Part shown: positions 10,901 to 22,218 of the stretch, piece by piece
Layout: each line of letters begins with the position of its first letter
Position numbering within the stretch: the stretch's first letter is position 1
Assembly (NCBI GenBank): GCA_963728405.1
Contig: CAVSJV010000004.1
Coordinates: 222,621 to 286,620, forward strand
DNA from: Methanomassiliicoccaceae archaeon
GTDB lineage: Archaea; Thermoplasmatota; Thermoplasmata; Methanomassiliicoccales; Methanomassiliicoccaceae
Direction of reading: 5' to 3'
Length of the DNA stretch: 64,000 nt
The notes under the pieces: generated by a model
The model's database searches: none
What the model was told of the DNA's origin: nothing
The model's input: only the letters and a program-made list of their open reading frames with translations
Position numbers and translations under genes: made by a program

Positions 10901-11626
10901 TCAGAACGCTCGTTTCCCGGTCGTTTCCCGGAAGTCCGAGATCATCCTATGATGATCAAAAGCCAGTTCTGGGAGGCGATCGAGCTCGTAAAGCGATACT
11001 TTATCGGCATCGTCCCCTGCCTTCAGCTCACCGCCCCGGGCCCGTAGGAAGAACAGCGCGGTGACGATGTGGCCGCGAGGGTCCCGGTCCCGATCAGAAT
11101 AGATGCCAACCAGGTCGAGCACCTCGGCCCTCAGGCCCGTTTCCTCGCACACCTCCCGGACCACGCACTCTTCCAGCGTCTCACCGTACTCCACGAACCC
11201 CCCGGGCAGGGCGTACTTCCCCTTTCCCGGCTCCTTCCCCCGCCTGATGAGAACTATCTGACCATCCAGCAGGACGATGCCATCGGTGGTGAGGGTGGGG
11301 TTTCTGAACAGATGGGTCACCTGTTCATCCACCCGGCGCTTCTTGTTCTCGAACTCCTGCAGAAGCCCCTCACCCTCGGGAGACAGTACGGTGGAACCCC
11401 GTTCAGGGCCGCCTCGGTGCGAGACCACGACCTCAATGCCAGTTTCCTGCTTGATCCGACGGAGCCGGGACCAGGTCTGGCGATAGGAGATGCCCAGCGA
11501 CCTGGCCGCGTCCACTATGGACCCTTTCTCCCTTATCAAGAGCAGCAGGCCTGCCTGGTCCTCGCCCAGCACCGGTCGCCCATCCTCGGTCAGCCAGACC
11601 TGACACTTGACCTCATGGCTCATCAC
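10901..11626 (-). CDS. ModE-type winged-HTH fused to Nudix hydrolase
   Basis: N-terminal LLLLIREKGSIVDAARSLGISYRQTW...SHRGG (ModE-like). C-terminal Nudix box GGFVEYGETLEECVVREVCEETGL, plus RDPRGH and LAFDH. Confidence 0.85.
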   Translation of the reverse strand: MMSHEVKCQVWLTEDGRPVLGEDQAGLLLLIREKGSIVDAARSLGISYRQTWSRLRRIKQETGIEVVVSHRGGPERGSTVLSPEGEGLLQEFENKKRRVDEQVTHLFRNPTLTTDGIVLLDGQIVLIRRGKEPGKGKYALPGGFVEYGETLEECVVREVCEETGLRAEVLDLVGIYSDRDRDPRGHIVTALFFLRARGGELKAGDDADKVSLYELDRLPELAFDHHRMISDFRETTGKRAF

Positions 11627-11670
11627 TTCCGGCGATGGCCAACTGATAACTTAATAACTTACCCCCTCCT

Positions 11671-12678
11671 ATGCCCGGACATATGCAGAATTGGAAGCGG
11701 CAAATACCGACCATCATGACCTCCCAGGAACTCCTGGACAGGGCCTACGCCCGCGCTTCCAAAGCGGAGGTCCACGGGGCAGCGGCATTTGACGGGATAA
11801 AAAAGACCAACATCGCCAAGATCACCGCCATCGGTGACATGACCACCACCACGCTGCTGAAGTACGTCCGTTCCTTCCCCAAGATGGAGAAGGAGGACGA
11901 GTTCTACTCCCAGCTCATCGACGTCATCATCGGCCACGCCAAGTTGAAGAAGGCGCTGGCCAACATCTCCTGGTGCGCCGAGAAGTGCTCGGACCTGCAG
12001 CGCATGTACCTGGCCCGCGTGCGTAGGGCCCCCAACATCGATTCGGTGGCTAAGATCACCAATGAGTTCTACGGGCGCTTTTCGTCGGTCATCAACCGGG
12101 TCGAACCGGAGCTCAAGTTCGCTCAGCAGGCTCGAGACCAGCTGCGCCAATTGCCGTCCATCGACACAACGGTGGAGACGATCGTCATCGCCGGCTACCC
12201 CAATGTGGGCAAGAGCCAGCTGGTAGAGCGGATCTCCACGGCAAAGCCGACCATCGCGGCGTACCCTTTCACTACCAAGGGCGTGGTCATCGGGCATCTT
12301 AAGAGCGGCTGGAGGACCTTCCAGGTCATCGATACGCCGGGGCTCTTGGACCGCGAGCTGGACAAACGCAACGCCATCGAGCTGCAGGCCATCCTGGCCC
12401 TGCGCTACCTGGCCGACATCATCGTGTTCGTCATCGATCCCTCGGAGACCTGCGGGTACACATTGGAACGCCAGCTGGCCCTGCTCGATTCGATCAAGCA
12501 GAACTTCCTCGACATCCCGTTCATTGAAGTGGAGAACAAGTCCGACCTGGAAGGCAAGCCTACCGGGCGAGAGAGAATATCGGCGTTGACCGGCGAGGGC
12601 GTCGAGGACCTGGTCAAGAAGATCGAGGGCATCCTAAAGGAGCAACGGAAGACCGACATGGACAAACTACCGACCTAG
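11671..12678 (+). CDS. NOG1-family GTP-binding protein
   Basis: GYPNVGKS, YPFTTKG, DTPGLLDR and NKSD. Confidence 0.93.
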   Translation: MPGHMQNWKRQIPTIMTSQELLDRAYARASKAEVHGAAAFDGIKKTNIAKITAIGDMTTTTLLKYVRSFPKMEKEDEFYSQLIDVIIGHAKLKKALANISWCAEKCSDLQRMYLARVRRAPNIDSVAKITNEFYGRFSSVINRVEPELKFAQQARDQLRQLPSIDTTVETIVIAGYPNVGKSQLVERISTAKPTIAAYPFTTKGVVIGHLKSGWRTFQVIDTPGLLDRELDKRNAIELQAILALRYLADIIVFVIDPSETCGYTLERQLALLDSIKQNFLDIPFIEVENKSDLEGKPTGRERISALTGEGVEDLVKKIEGILKEQRKTDMDKLPT

Positions 12679-12785
12679 GGCTAAAGATTCCAAGGTCCGG
12701 TCATTCCGAGCGTCGCATTTATCTTAACGTTGGCACTACGACGTCCTAGCCGACCTCGCCGAGGTCGGCGGGCGTGGATGTATAG

Positions 12786-15700
12786 ATGCCAAGCGTAGCG
12801 TGCAGCAAGGCCATGGATGAATACTTCAAAGGCCTTTTCGCGGATACCGACCGATGCTACGGCATCGCCCGCAAGGCACGCTCCAGAGGTCTGGACCCCG
12901 AGGTCTTCGTGGAGATCCCCCGGGCCGAGGACCTCGCCTCACGGTGCGAGAAGCTGCTGGAGGCATGGCACGTCGAGGGCGTGGCCGAGCGGATCAGGGA
13001 ACTTTCCAAGGACCATAACCGTGAAGAGGTGTCCCTCCTGATCGCCAAGGAGATGGCCAATCAGCCAGCAAAGACGAAGGAGGATGCCATTGACCGCGCG
13101 GTGCGAGTGGGCCTTGCCGTCCTGACGGAAGGGATCCTGGTCGCGCCCCTGGAGGGCATCGCCGGGGTCAAGATCGGCCGCAACTCGGACGGGACCGACT
13201 ATCTGGCCATATCCTTCGCCGGACCGATCAGGGCGGCCGGCGGAACGGGGCAGGCCCTCAGCGTGCTAATCGGGGATGTCGTCCGCAGGGAGGTGGGCAT
13301 CGGCAGGTACATCCCCACCGAAAGCGAGGTCCAGAGGTTCAAGGAAGAGATTCCATTATACAAGCAGTGCCAGCATCTTCAATATACCCCGGGGAATGAG
13401 GAGATCGAGATCATCGCTCGGGGCTGTCCGGTCTGCGTGGACGGCGAGGGGACCGAGGATATGGAGATCTCGGGGTTCCGGGACCTGCCTCGGATCGAGA
13501 CGAACAAGGTGCGCGGCGGCGCCTGCCTGGTCATCTCCGAGGGCATGTGCCTGAAGGCTCCCAAGATCCAGAAGCACACCAAGAAGCTGGGCATCGACGG
13601 TTGGGAGTTCATCGACGAGTACATGGCCTGGAAGAAGAGGCATGACAAGGGCGACGATACGACCACCAAGAAGATCGTTCCCGACGCCAAGTTCCTCAAG
13701 GACATGGTCGCCGGACGCCCGGTCCTCTGTCACCCCTCCAGAGTGGGAGGCTTCCGCCTTCGCTACGGTCGGGGAAGGACCACCGGCCTGGCGGCCCTGG
13801 CTATCAGCCCGGCCACCATGTTCGCTCTGGACGATTTTCTGGCAGTGGGCACCCAGATCAAGATCGAACGGCCTGGCAAGGCCGGAGCGGTGACCCCCTG
13901 CGATAGCATCGAAGGCCCCATCCTCCTGCTGAAGAATGGGGACCTCGTGCAGGCCAACAACGGAAAGGAGGCCAAGCTGTACCGACCGGACATCGCCGAG
14001 CTGGTGGACCTGGGGGAGGTGCTGCTCCCGTACGGAGAGTTCGTGGAGAACAATCACATCCTCGCCCCGGGCTCCTACGCCCCGGAATGGTACAAGGTAG
14101 AGCTGAGGTCCAAGGCTGGTGAGCTTCCCGCGGATTGGAAGGAACCCACCTACCAGCGGGCCAAGGAGATAGCCTCGACCTATGGGGTCCCGCTCCATCC
14201 CCGTTACAACCTGTTCTGGTTCGACCTTCCCCTTGGAAGATCTGATCGCCCTCCGGGCCCACGTACTGAGAACCGGCTCGTGGAAGGACCAAAAGCTCAC
14301 CGTTCAGAGAGAGCCGCTGACCAAGCACACCCTGGAGACACTGGGGGCCCTGCACAAGGCAATGAGCGAGATCGTCATCCTGGATTTCTACGCCCTGCCA
14401 CTGTTGGAAGGTCTGGGACTGGGATTGGATGGGGACAGCATCATAGAGCGTTCGCCTCTAGTCGACCCGGGCGGCCCGGACGCCGCCTTCGTCTCTCCGA
14501 CATTGCGGGCGGTGTCCCAGGCGATGGGCATCGAGGTGAGGGCCCGATCGGTCACCCGCATCGGTTCGAGGATGGCCCGTCCGGAGAAGGCCAAGGAGCG
14601 CAAGATGAAACCGCCACCCCATGCACTATTCCCTCTGGGCCACAGCGGCGGCATGCAGCGCCTGGTATCCACGGCCATGGATGGGGCCAGGGTCGAGGCG
14701 GAGATGGGGCTGAGGCAATGTCCCGAGTGCGGGAAGAATACATTCCTGTGCAGCTGCGCCGAATGCGGTGCCCATACCTTCACGGCGAGCAAGCCGACCA
14801 CTCAGCGCATTGATCTGACCAAGATGCTGGAGAATGCCATGGCCCGAGTCGGTGTTGCCGTGGCTCCGGAGATAAAGGGCGTTCAGGGGATGATCTCCAA
14901 GAACAAGACGCCGGAAGCGCTGGAGAAGGGATTGCTTCGCGCCATACATGACATCTTTGTGTTCAAGGACGGCACCATCCGTTTTGACATGACCGATGTT
15001 CCGGTAACTCACTTCCGGCCATGCGAGATCGGCCTTACCGTGGAGAGGGCCAGGGCCATCGGTTATGTTCGAGACGTTCAGGGCCAGGACCTGACCGCCT
15101 CGGACCAGGTCTGCGAGCTGAGGGTCCAGGATATCATTCCCTCCGTATCCTGCGGCGAGTACCTGATCAAGATCGCCGATTTCATCGACGACCTTCTCGA
15201 GAAGTACTACGGGCTGCCGAGGTTCTACAACGCCAAGGTCCGTGAGGATCTTATAGGCCACTTGACCATTGGGCTGGCTCCGCACATGTCCGGCGGCATC
15301 CTGTGCCGCGTCATCGGGTACACCAAGACGAACGTGGGCTACGGGCATCCATTCTTCCATGCCGCTAAGCGCAGGAACGCCGACGGCGACGAAGACTCGG
15401 TCATCCTGCTCCTTGACGGCCTGCTCAACTTCTCCAAGCAGTTCCTGCCGGACCGCCGTGGCGGCCTGATGGACGCACCCCTCGTTCTCACAACCCGTCT
15501 CGATCCCAACGAGATCGACAAAGAAGCGCACAACATCGACGTTAGGTGGGAGTATCCGTTGGAGTTCTACCAGGCGTGCATGGAGTACAAGCACCCCAAG
15601 GAGATCGACTCCATAATGGACCAGGTGGCCGGGAGGATCGGCTCCGCCCTTCAGTACGAAGGGTTTGGCTATACCCATGACACCAAGGACATCTCCGAGG

Positions 15701-16128
15701 GCCCGGACGAATCGGCCTACAAGACCTTGGAGACGATGATCGACAAGATGAACGCCCAGCTGGAGCTGGCGCGCAAGATTCGGGCGGTGGACGCCAAGGA
15801 CGTCGTCTACCGGGTCATTACCAAGCATTTTCTGCCGGACATGATCGGCAACCTGAAGTCGTTCTCATCGCAATCACTGCGCTGCACTAAATGTGGGGCA
15901 AAGTACCGCCGCATCCCGCTATCGGGACGATGCTACTGCGGTAACAATCTGACCCTCACCGTTCACGAGAAGAGCGTTAGGAAGTATCTCGAGATCACCA
16001 AAGAGGTCAGTGAAAGGTTCGACCTGGACGCCTACACTCAGCAACGCGTCGCGCTGATCGAGGAGTCGATGAAATCGTTGTTCCAGTCCGACAAGATCAA
16101 GAAGTGCAAGCTCACCGATTTCATGTGA
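12786..16128 (+). CDS. polC: DNA polymerase D large subunit DP2 (one +1 frameshift at about 14230)
   Basis: GPIRAAGGT, GFRLRYGRGR, FDMTDVP, HAAKRRNADGDED, RGGLMDAPLVL and a C-terminal zinc finger. The two ORFs join at CTTCCCCTTGGAA if one C is removed. Confidence 0.95.
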
Positions 16129-16319
16129 CCTCAACCGGCATCGATACAAGGAGTTCTATCAAACCATTATTGCCGGCAATGATGCAGTGGTATTTGATGA
16201 GATTACCTGGCACATCACTATCAAAGGAAAGCTCTTAAAAAAGTGGGCTCGGCCGGGACCACTCATCGGCTGGGCCAGATTATGAAAAACGAAAAGAAGG
16301 ATGGGAAGGAAAAAGGAGT

Positions 16320-17159
16320 TTAGGCATCGCCCAGGGTCGAGACGTCCTCGCGGAAGTCGTCGAACTTCTTTTCCAGGATTTCCAACGCTTTTTTCAGCGT
16401 GTTCCTGGCCGACAACGAGCCATCGGTCTCGAACTCGAAGATGAACTTCGTCTTGTCGCCCTGGATCTTGATGGCGTCGTGAGTGCATGCGTCCTCGCAG
16501 GCCTTGCAAATGGTGCAGTTCTCGAGATTCTCCACCACCAATTTGCCATCCTTCTTGCCGAGCACCCCACGGGGGCAGACCTTGATGCAAGCATCGCCGT
16601 TATCGCACTTCTTGGGGTCGATAGTGACCGTTGGATAGTAGCGGTAACCGGTGCCTGAGGTCACTTGCCATTTGATATGGCGGCGAGCCGTTCCCAGTTC
16701 AGCGGAGGCGTAGACCAGCAGTGCTTGCTTGGGACCCAGCTTGACAATGGGGACCAGTTCGTCCTTCACTCTGAGCTCCTGGCCTCCCAGGGGTTCCAGA
16801 TCGCCGGAGTATACCTCAGCAGGACCCTTTTTGTTGAGCGAGTACATGATGGTGCAGCTCGGGCAGCCTTCGCCTTCGCAGGTGCACTGGTCCTTGGGGA
16901 CGTAAAGGTCTGGATCGGTAGGGACGGGGATCAGACCCAGGCGGTGGGCGATGATCTCATCGAAGAGCGGACTTACACTCTCGCATTCCTTGCCGTCCTC
17001 ATCCCTGATCGGTCCCAAGTGGAACTCAACGGTCTCTATGGCCATCTTGGGTACCTCGGTCATGAGCGTGCGCCGCAGGGCGTTGGCCATGTCCGGGCAG
17101 GTACCCGAGACGACGAACTTGGCATGGGTTTCGGTCAGGTCGATGATCTTCAGGTCCAT
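16320..17159 (-). CDS. rpoD: DNA-directed RNA polymerase subunit D (Rpo3) with ferredoxin-like insert
   Basis: ANALRRTLMTEVP, DEIIAHRLGLIP, CDNGDACIKVCP/CTICKACEDAC and FETDGSL. Confidence 0.96.
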   Translation of the reverse strand: MDLKIIDLTETHAKFVVSGTCPDMANALRRTLMTEVPKMAIETVEFHLGPIRDEDGKECESVSPLFDEIIAHRLGLIPVPTDPDLYVPKDQCTCEGEGCPSCTIMYSLNKKGPAEVYSGDLEPLGGQELRVKDELVPIVKLGPKQALLVYASAELGTARRHIKWQVTSGTGYRYYPTVTIDPKKCDNGDACIKVCPRGVLGKKDGKLVVENLENCTICKACEDACTHDAIKIQGDKTKFIFEFETDGSLSARNTLKKALEILEKKFDDFREDVSTLGDA

Positions 17160-17170
17160 GTCTGCCGCCT

Positions 17171-17560
17171 CTATACTCTTCGGCCCCTTCTGCCGCCCTT
17201 CTTCTTGGTCCCATCGTGCGGGATGGGAGTGACGTCCTCGATGCGACCGATCTTCATTCCGGCGCGGGCCAGGCCCCTGATAGCGGCCTGAGCACCCGGA
17301 CCGGGCGAGGTTGCCTTGTTCCCGCCAGGAGCGCGAACCTTGACATGGATACCTTCGATCCCCTTCTCCTTGGCGATCTCAGCGACCTTCTCGGCCGCCC
17401 TCATCGCTGCATAGGGAGAGGACTCGTCCTTGGCCGCCTTGACAACCATTCCGCCGGTAGCCTTGGTGATCGTCTCGGCGCCAGTGATGTCAGTCAAGGT
17501 GATGATGATGTTGTTGTAGCTGGCGAATATGTGCGCAATGCCCCACTTTACCATGTTCAC
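17171..17560 (-). CDS. rps11: 30S ribosomal protein S11
   Basis: [12 protein letters not shown] and [14 protein letters not shown]. Confidence 0.98.
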   Translation of the reverse strand: MNMVKWGIAHIFASYNNIIITLTDITGAETITKATGGMVVKAAKDESSPYAAMRAAEKVAEIAKEKGIEGIHVKVRAPGGNKATSPGPGAQAAIRGLARAGMKIGRIEDVTPIPHDGTKKKGGRRGRRV

Positions 17561-18249
17561 TCCTCCTTGACGTCGGACTCTGTCGCTTCAGGCAGGTCGG
17601 CGGGAGCGACGGCATCCTCTACGACATCGGCAGCGACCTTCTTCAAGACCTTTTCCACCTTCTCGAGCTGGGGGTTCGCCTTGGGCACTTCGACCTTGGC
17701 GACCTCCTGAGCCTTGCCAGGCTGGGCAGCGGTCCGCAGGGGGTGGAGCTCGTTGGATATGGGAGACTGGGCATTGTAGGTGATCTTGTCTTCCTCGCCC
17801 CTCTTTACCACATAACCAGGAATGGTTACTTTGCGTCCGTCGATGGTCACGTGGCCGTGAACGATGAACTGGCGGGCCTGCTTACAGGTAGCGGCCATTC
17901 CCTTGCGCTGGACCAGGGTCTCCAGGCGGCGATTAAGGATCGCTTCCTGGGTCAGACCGAGAACGTCATCGAGGGTGGTTCCCTCCATGGGCAGCAGACC
18001 AATGCGAGCACACTTCTTCAACAGAAGGCTCGCCTCCAGCCTGGCCTGCTCGTCGTTCAGACGAACGCGGGCCTGTAGCAGCTTGGACTGGTCCCTCAGG
18101 TTCTTGAGGACCGCTTGGGCCTTCCACAGCTCGCGCTTGTTCTTCAAACCATACGCTTTACATATCTCGGTCTCGGCCTTGATCCTCTCTCCTCTCCAGG
18201 GGTGAGAGGGGGAGTCATATGACCGGCGAGGGAACTTTGGGTCTCCCAT
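17557..18249 (-). CDS. rps4: 30S ribosomal protein S4
   Basis: [23 protein letters not shown] and [11 protein letters not shown]. Confidence 0.98.
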   Translation of the reverse strand: MGDPKFPRRSYDSPSHPWRGERIKAETEICKAYGLKNKRELWKAQAVLKNLRDQSKLLQARVRLNDEQARLEASLLLKKCARIGLLPMEGTTLDDVLGLTQEAILNRRLETLVQRKGMAATCKQARQFIVHGHVTIDGRKVTIPGYVVKRGEEDKITYNAQSPISNELHPLRTAAQPGKAQEVAKVEVPKANPQLEKVEKVLKKVAADVVEDAVAPADLPEATESDVKEE

Positions 18250-18271
18250 TTTAGCACCAACTCAGATATTA

Positions 18272-18859
18272 TTACTTCTTCTCTTCGGCGGCGGCGCCAG
18301 GTTGCTGAACCTTTTGCCTGCTGACGCCCATAGTAAGGCCAGTCCTTCCGTTCGACCGGGTTTTTTGACCACGAACTTTCTGTCCCTGCTCGTGCCTTAC
18401 GCCTTTGTAACAGCGAATCATCTTCATGCGGTTGATATCGTCCTTGTTAGCAACACCGAGATCGATTCCGAAGACATGCGAGTCCTCACCGGTCTCGACA
18501 TCGTTCTGCCGATTGACCGCCCAGTGGGGAGCGAACTCAGGGTAGCTGGCGATGATCTTCTCGATCTCATCGGTCTGCACTTCGGACAGGTTGCCCATCT
18601 TCTCGGTGGGCTTGATGCCGGTTCTCTTGGCCACGACACCGGCTACGCGGGGGCCGACGCCCTTCACGTTCTGAATGCCCATCATGAGGGACTTGTTGCC
18701 GTCGATATCAGTGTTCATGATGCGGACGATGTAGCGGAAGTTCTCATCTACCTTCTTTTCTACGGGCTTTTCCGCTGCCTTCTTCTTTTCAGGCTTCTCC
18801 TTCTTCTCGCCCTTTTGCGGTTTTTCTGTTACCTTTTCCTGTCCTTCAGGTTGCGCCAA
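18272..18859 (-). CDS. rps13: 30S ribosomal protein S13
   Basis: FRYIVRIMNTDIDG and YKGVRHEQGQKVRGQKTRSNGR. TTG start. Confidence 0.97.
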   Translation of the reverse strand: MAQPEGQEKVTEKPQKGEKKEKPEKKKAAEKPVEKKVDENFRYIVRIMNTDIDGNKSLMMGIQNVKGVGPRVAGVVAKRTGIKPTEKMGNLSEVQTDEIEKIIASYPEFAPHWAVNRQNDVETGEDSHVFGIDLGVANKDDINRMKMIRCYKGVRHEQGQKVRGQKTRSNGRTGLTMGVSRQKVQQPGAAAEEKK

Positions 18860-19030
18860 ACTGTTACCTCCAATGAAATTGAATGAATTTGATCCATTCT
18901 ATGTATATAGTTTATGGAGCGTCTCCCCTACAAGCAAGTCCCTATTTAATCGTTTCCCTGTTGGCCGGAGGTCCCGCCGACCCCACTGGTAGGGGTCAAG
19001 ACAGGCTCCTTCGGACCGGCGGCCGTTGCA

Positions 19031-21715
19031 TCATTTTTTGGCTAGGGCGGTCTTCACGATATTCTTGGCGTCCTGCAGCGCCGCCGACAGCTTGGCTGGA
19101 TCGCCGCCCCCGCCCTGAGCGAAGTCTGGCTTTCCGCCGCCCCCGCCGCCAATGAGCTTCATGACCTCCTTGAGTATCGGGCGGCAATCGACCTTGAGGT
19201 CCGAGGAGCGGGAAACGAACACCTTTGGGCTCTTGTCCGCCAGGCCCAGGACCGCCAGCACACCGGGCTTGGATGTAAGTACCAGTGACATGGCCTGGGG
19301 ATCCTCCCCCTCCGCGGTCTGATAGATCACGACCTTAACACCATCAATCTCCTCGGCCTTGGCCATCAGGTCATCGGCCACGATCTGGTTCATGCGGGCG
19401 GAGAGCGATTCGAGCCGCTTGCGGTCGTCCCTCATCTCGACCATCAGCTTCATTGTCGCCGGGAGCACCGTCTCGCGGGTCACGTTCATGCGTTCGGCGA
19501 GGATGTCCACGCATACTTTATCGGCCTGCATGCCCGCCACCGCGGCCAGCCCGGCGGAGTACTCTATGCGTACGACGCCGTCCTGGATCCTCTTGGTGCG
19601 AAGTATGCGTATAGGGCCAACTCGGGAGGTGCGGTCGCAATGTAGTCCCCCGCACGCTTCCACGTCGACATCGGTGGTGTTGACCACCCGTATGATCTTG
19701 CCGGGGACCACGCCGCCCTGATACAGGCGGAAGCCGAACTTGCGCTCCGCTTCGTCGCGGGGCATGAAGCGGATATCCACCGGGTGATCTTCAAGCACGA
19801 CATCGTTGCATCGGCGCTCCAGCTCGCTCTTCTGTTCGTCGGTGAGGTTCTCGAAGTGGGTAACGTCCAGCCGGGCCTCGTCCACGCTCTTGTGGGCCCC
19901 GGACTGCCAGATGTGGTTCCCGAACATGCGCCGGGCGCATCCGTTGATGATGTGGGCGGCGGTGTGGTGGCGCATCAGCTGGCGGCGGCGCGGCTCGTTA
20001 ATCGCGCACCGGACCATCTTGCCGGGAACTAGCGAGTGCTTGTCCTTGAGGTAGTGCAGGATGGTGTTACGGACCTTCTGCACATTGATGACCTCGTTGC
20101 CGTCCATGATCCCGTAGTCGGCCTCCTGCCCGCCCCCTTCCGGATAGAAGTAGGTGTGATCGAGCACGACCGCGTCCTTGATCACCGCGATGACCTGGGC
20201 CTGGAAGGCCATGACCTCGGGGTCCTCATAGTATGCCATGCGGGTCTCCGGCATGTCCAGGGGGAACTCTTCCGCCTTCGGACCCTCGTCGGCGACCTCG
20301 GTCGCCTCATGCTTCTTCGCCACCATCTGGTAGAAGTTGTCCGGGATCTCCACCGGCACATCCGAGAACTCCTTGACGATCTCCGGGTTCAGACCATGGG
20401 AGTCGTAGAGCTCGATGAGCTTATCCTGGGCGATCGGAGCCCCTTTGAGCTCCTTGGTCATCCTCTGGACGATGGACCTGCCGCGGTCCAGCGTTTCATA
20501 ATATCTCCTCTCCTCGACCAGAACGAGGCTCATGATGTCCTCACGGTTCTCGATCAGCTCGGGGAAGTATGGGGAGAAATAATCGATTTGCTGACCGACT
20601 ATGTCCGCCAGGGTGAACTTGACATCCAGGGTTCGCATGGACCTCAGGGCGCGTCGGACCAGCATGCGTGCGAAGTAACCTTCCCGGACGTTGGACGGAA
20701 CGACGCCATCGTTCAACAGAAAGGAGAGCGCGCGGGAGTGATCACATATGATGTAGATGTCCTCCATCGGCCCGACGTTCTTGATAAGGTCTTCGAACCT
20801 GATGCCCAGCCGGTCGGCGGTCCGCTGGCGTAGGTTCCTTACGTCCGCAGCGGTCTTCATGTTCATGGCCCCGGCGACCTTGCTGTAGGCCTCCAGGATG
20901 CGCTGGTCCGGATTGATCCCTACCTCCTTCTGGATCATCTTCACGACCGGACCGAACACGGCTTCGTAGGCAGAGGGTGTTCCCTGGGAGATCCAAGTGC
21001 TCCTTTCCAGCCCATAGCCCGTATCGACCACCTGCATGCTCATGGGCTGACGACCCTGGGGCGTCTCCCGATACTGCATGAACACCAGGGTCGCGAGCTC
21101 CACGCCCTCCAGAATGACCTCGACGCACGGTCCGGAGTTGCCGCCGCCCTCCCACCACTCCTCTATGTACCTCATCTTGGTCTTGTCGACCCCCAGGCGC
21201 TGGGTGTAGAACTGATGGCACAGCTCCACCGTCCGGTCCTTGAAATATATCTCCTTCCCGGGCTTGTTGAACGCGTGGTGCGCCAACATCTCGAAGAAGG
21301 TATAGTGCCGACCGGTCCGGCCCACGTTATCGATGTCATTGAACCTGACGCAGGTCTGGGAGATGACCAGCGGATTGGCCGGGGGCTCGATGACCTCGTT
21401 GAGCACCCAGGGCTGGAAGTCGTAGATGCTGGCCTGGGTAAAGAAAACGTCGTTCCTCCACCGGGCGACGATGGGGTAGCGGCGCACCCGGCCATGGCCT
21501 TGCTCCTCGAAGAACGAGAGGTACTCTTCCCTCATCTCATGGTTCGAGTAGGGTTTCTTGATAGGAGAATTATTAATGAAGCTGTATTCCTCGCAAGGTG
21601 ATTCGCCGCAGCTGGGGTGATCTCCTTGAGACCAGAACGCCCGGCCGCATTTGGGGCAGACCTTGCGAATGAAATCGTTATCTTTGAAGAATGCGAGATC
21701 GAACTCTGAGGTCAT
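19031..21715 (-). CDS. alaS: Alanine--tRNA ligase (archaeal type)
   Basis: RYPIVARWR, VDTGYGLER, editing-site HTAAH and EACGGLH, and C-terminal GGGGGKPDFAQGG. Confidence 0.97.
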   Translation of the reverse strand: MTSEFDLAFFKDNDFIRKVCPKCGRAFWSQGDHPSCGESPCEEYSFINNSPIKKPYSNHEMREEYLSFFEEQGHGRVRRYPIVARWRNDVFFTQASIYDFQPWVLNEVIEPPANPLVISQTCVRFNDIDNVGRTGRHYTFFEMLAHHAFNKPGKEIYFKDRTVELCHQFYTQRLGVDKTKMRYIEEWWEGGGNSGPCVEVILEGVELATLVFMQYRETPQGRQPMSMQVVDTGYGLERSTWISQGTPSAYEAVFGPVVKMIQKEVGINPDQRILEAYSKVAGAMNMKTAADVRNLRQRTADRLGIRFEDLIKNVGPMEDIYIICDHSRALSFLLNDGVVPSNVREGYFARMLVRRALRSMRTLDVKFTLADIVGQQIDYFSPYFPELIENREDIMSLVLVEERRYYETLDRGRSIVQRMTKELKGAPIAQDKLIELYDSHGLNPEIVKEFSDVPVEIPDNFYQMVAKKHEATEVADEGPKAEEFPLDMPETRMAYYEDPEVMAFQAQVIAVIKDAVVLDHTYFYPEGGGQEADYGIMDGNEVINVQKVRNTILHYLKDKHSLVPGKMVRCAINEPRRRQLMRHHTAAHIINGCARRMFGNHIWQSGAHKSVDEARLDVTHFENLTDEQKSELERRCNDVVLEDHPVDIRFMPRDEAERKFGFRLYQGGVVPGKIIRVVNTTDVDVEACGGLHCDRTSRVGPIRILRTKRIQDGVVRIEYSAGLAAVAGMQADKVCVDILAERMNVTRETVLPATMKLMVEMRDDRKRLESLSARMNQIVADDLMAKAEEIDGVKVVIYQTAEGEDPQAMSLVLTSKPGVLAVLGLADKSPKVFVSRSSDLKVDCRPILKEVMKLIGGGGGGKPDFAQGGGGDPAKLSAALQDAKNIVKTALAKK

Positions 21716-22218
21716 GTTCTGCGGTATTAGGGGGTCCTTATTTAGATATTCTCCCAGTGGTGAAAGACCGGCTACCTTTTCCCACCAATAGGGACATTGA
21801 TCCGTCGCATGTCCATACTAGACCAATGAGCACAATTAGGGCCGATATGATGTGGTACGCTAAGATCGGGGCCTCGCTCCCTATAACGATGGTCGGTGCA
21901 GTGCTGATGTACGGAGGAGTTCGTTCATGATCAGTGCAACCGGTGTGAATGGATCCTTCGGCATTCTGTTGACATTCTTCGACCCCTCGTGGCCATCTAC
22001 GGTCTGGCATTACTGCCATACGATCCACAGGGGGCCGAATGTGATCAGCGTTCCGAACAGGTCAGGATAGGTGGGGAGGAGGATGTCGGATGAGCGGCGA
22101 GAGAGCAAAAGGAGAGGCGAACCAGTTGGGTATGGCCAGCGCAATCAACAGTGCCTGGTTCCGAGCTCCACCGGGCGATGGCCTTCCTGTCAAATCGTTG
22201 GGAGGGCAGTGGAAATGA

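Noticed and set aside
12749-12769. Perfect palindrome GCCGACCTCG-C-CGAGGTCGGC upstream of polC
   Set aside because: It is a single GC-rich palindrome with no second copy noticed, so no function can be supported.
14182-14813. Split DP2 or programmed frameshift in polC (CTTCCCC)
   Set aside because: One extra C in a homopolymer restores a normal full-length DP2, and similar indels occur throughout the window. No intein is evident either.
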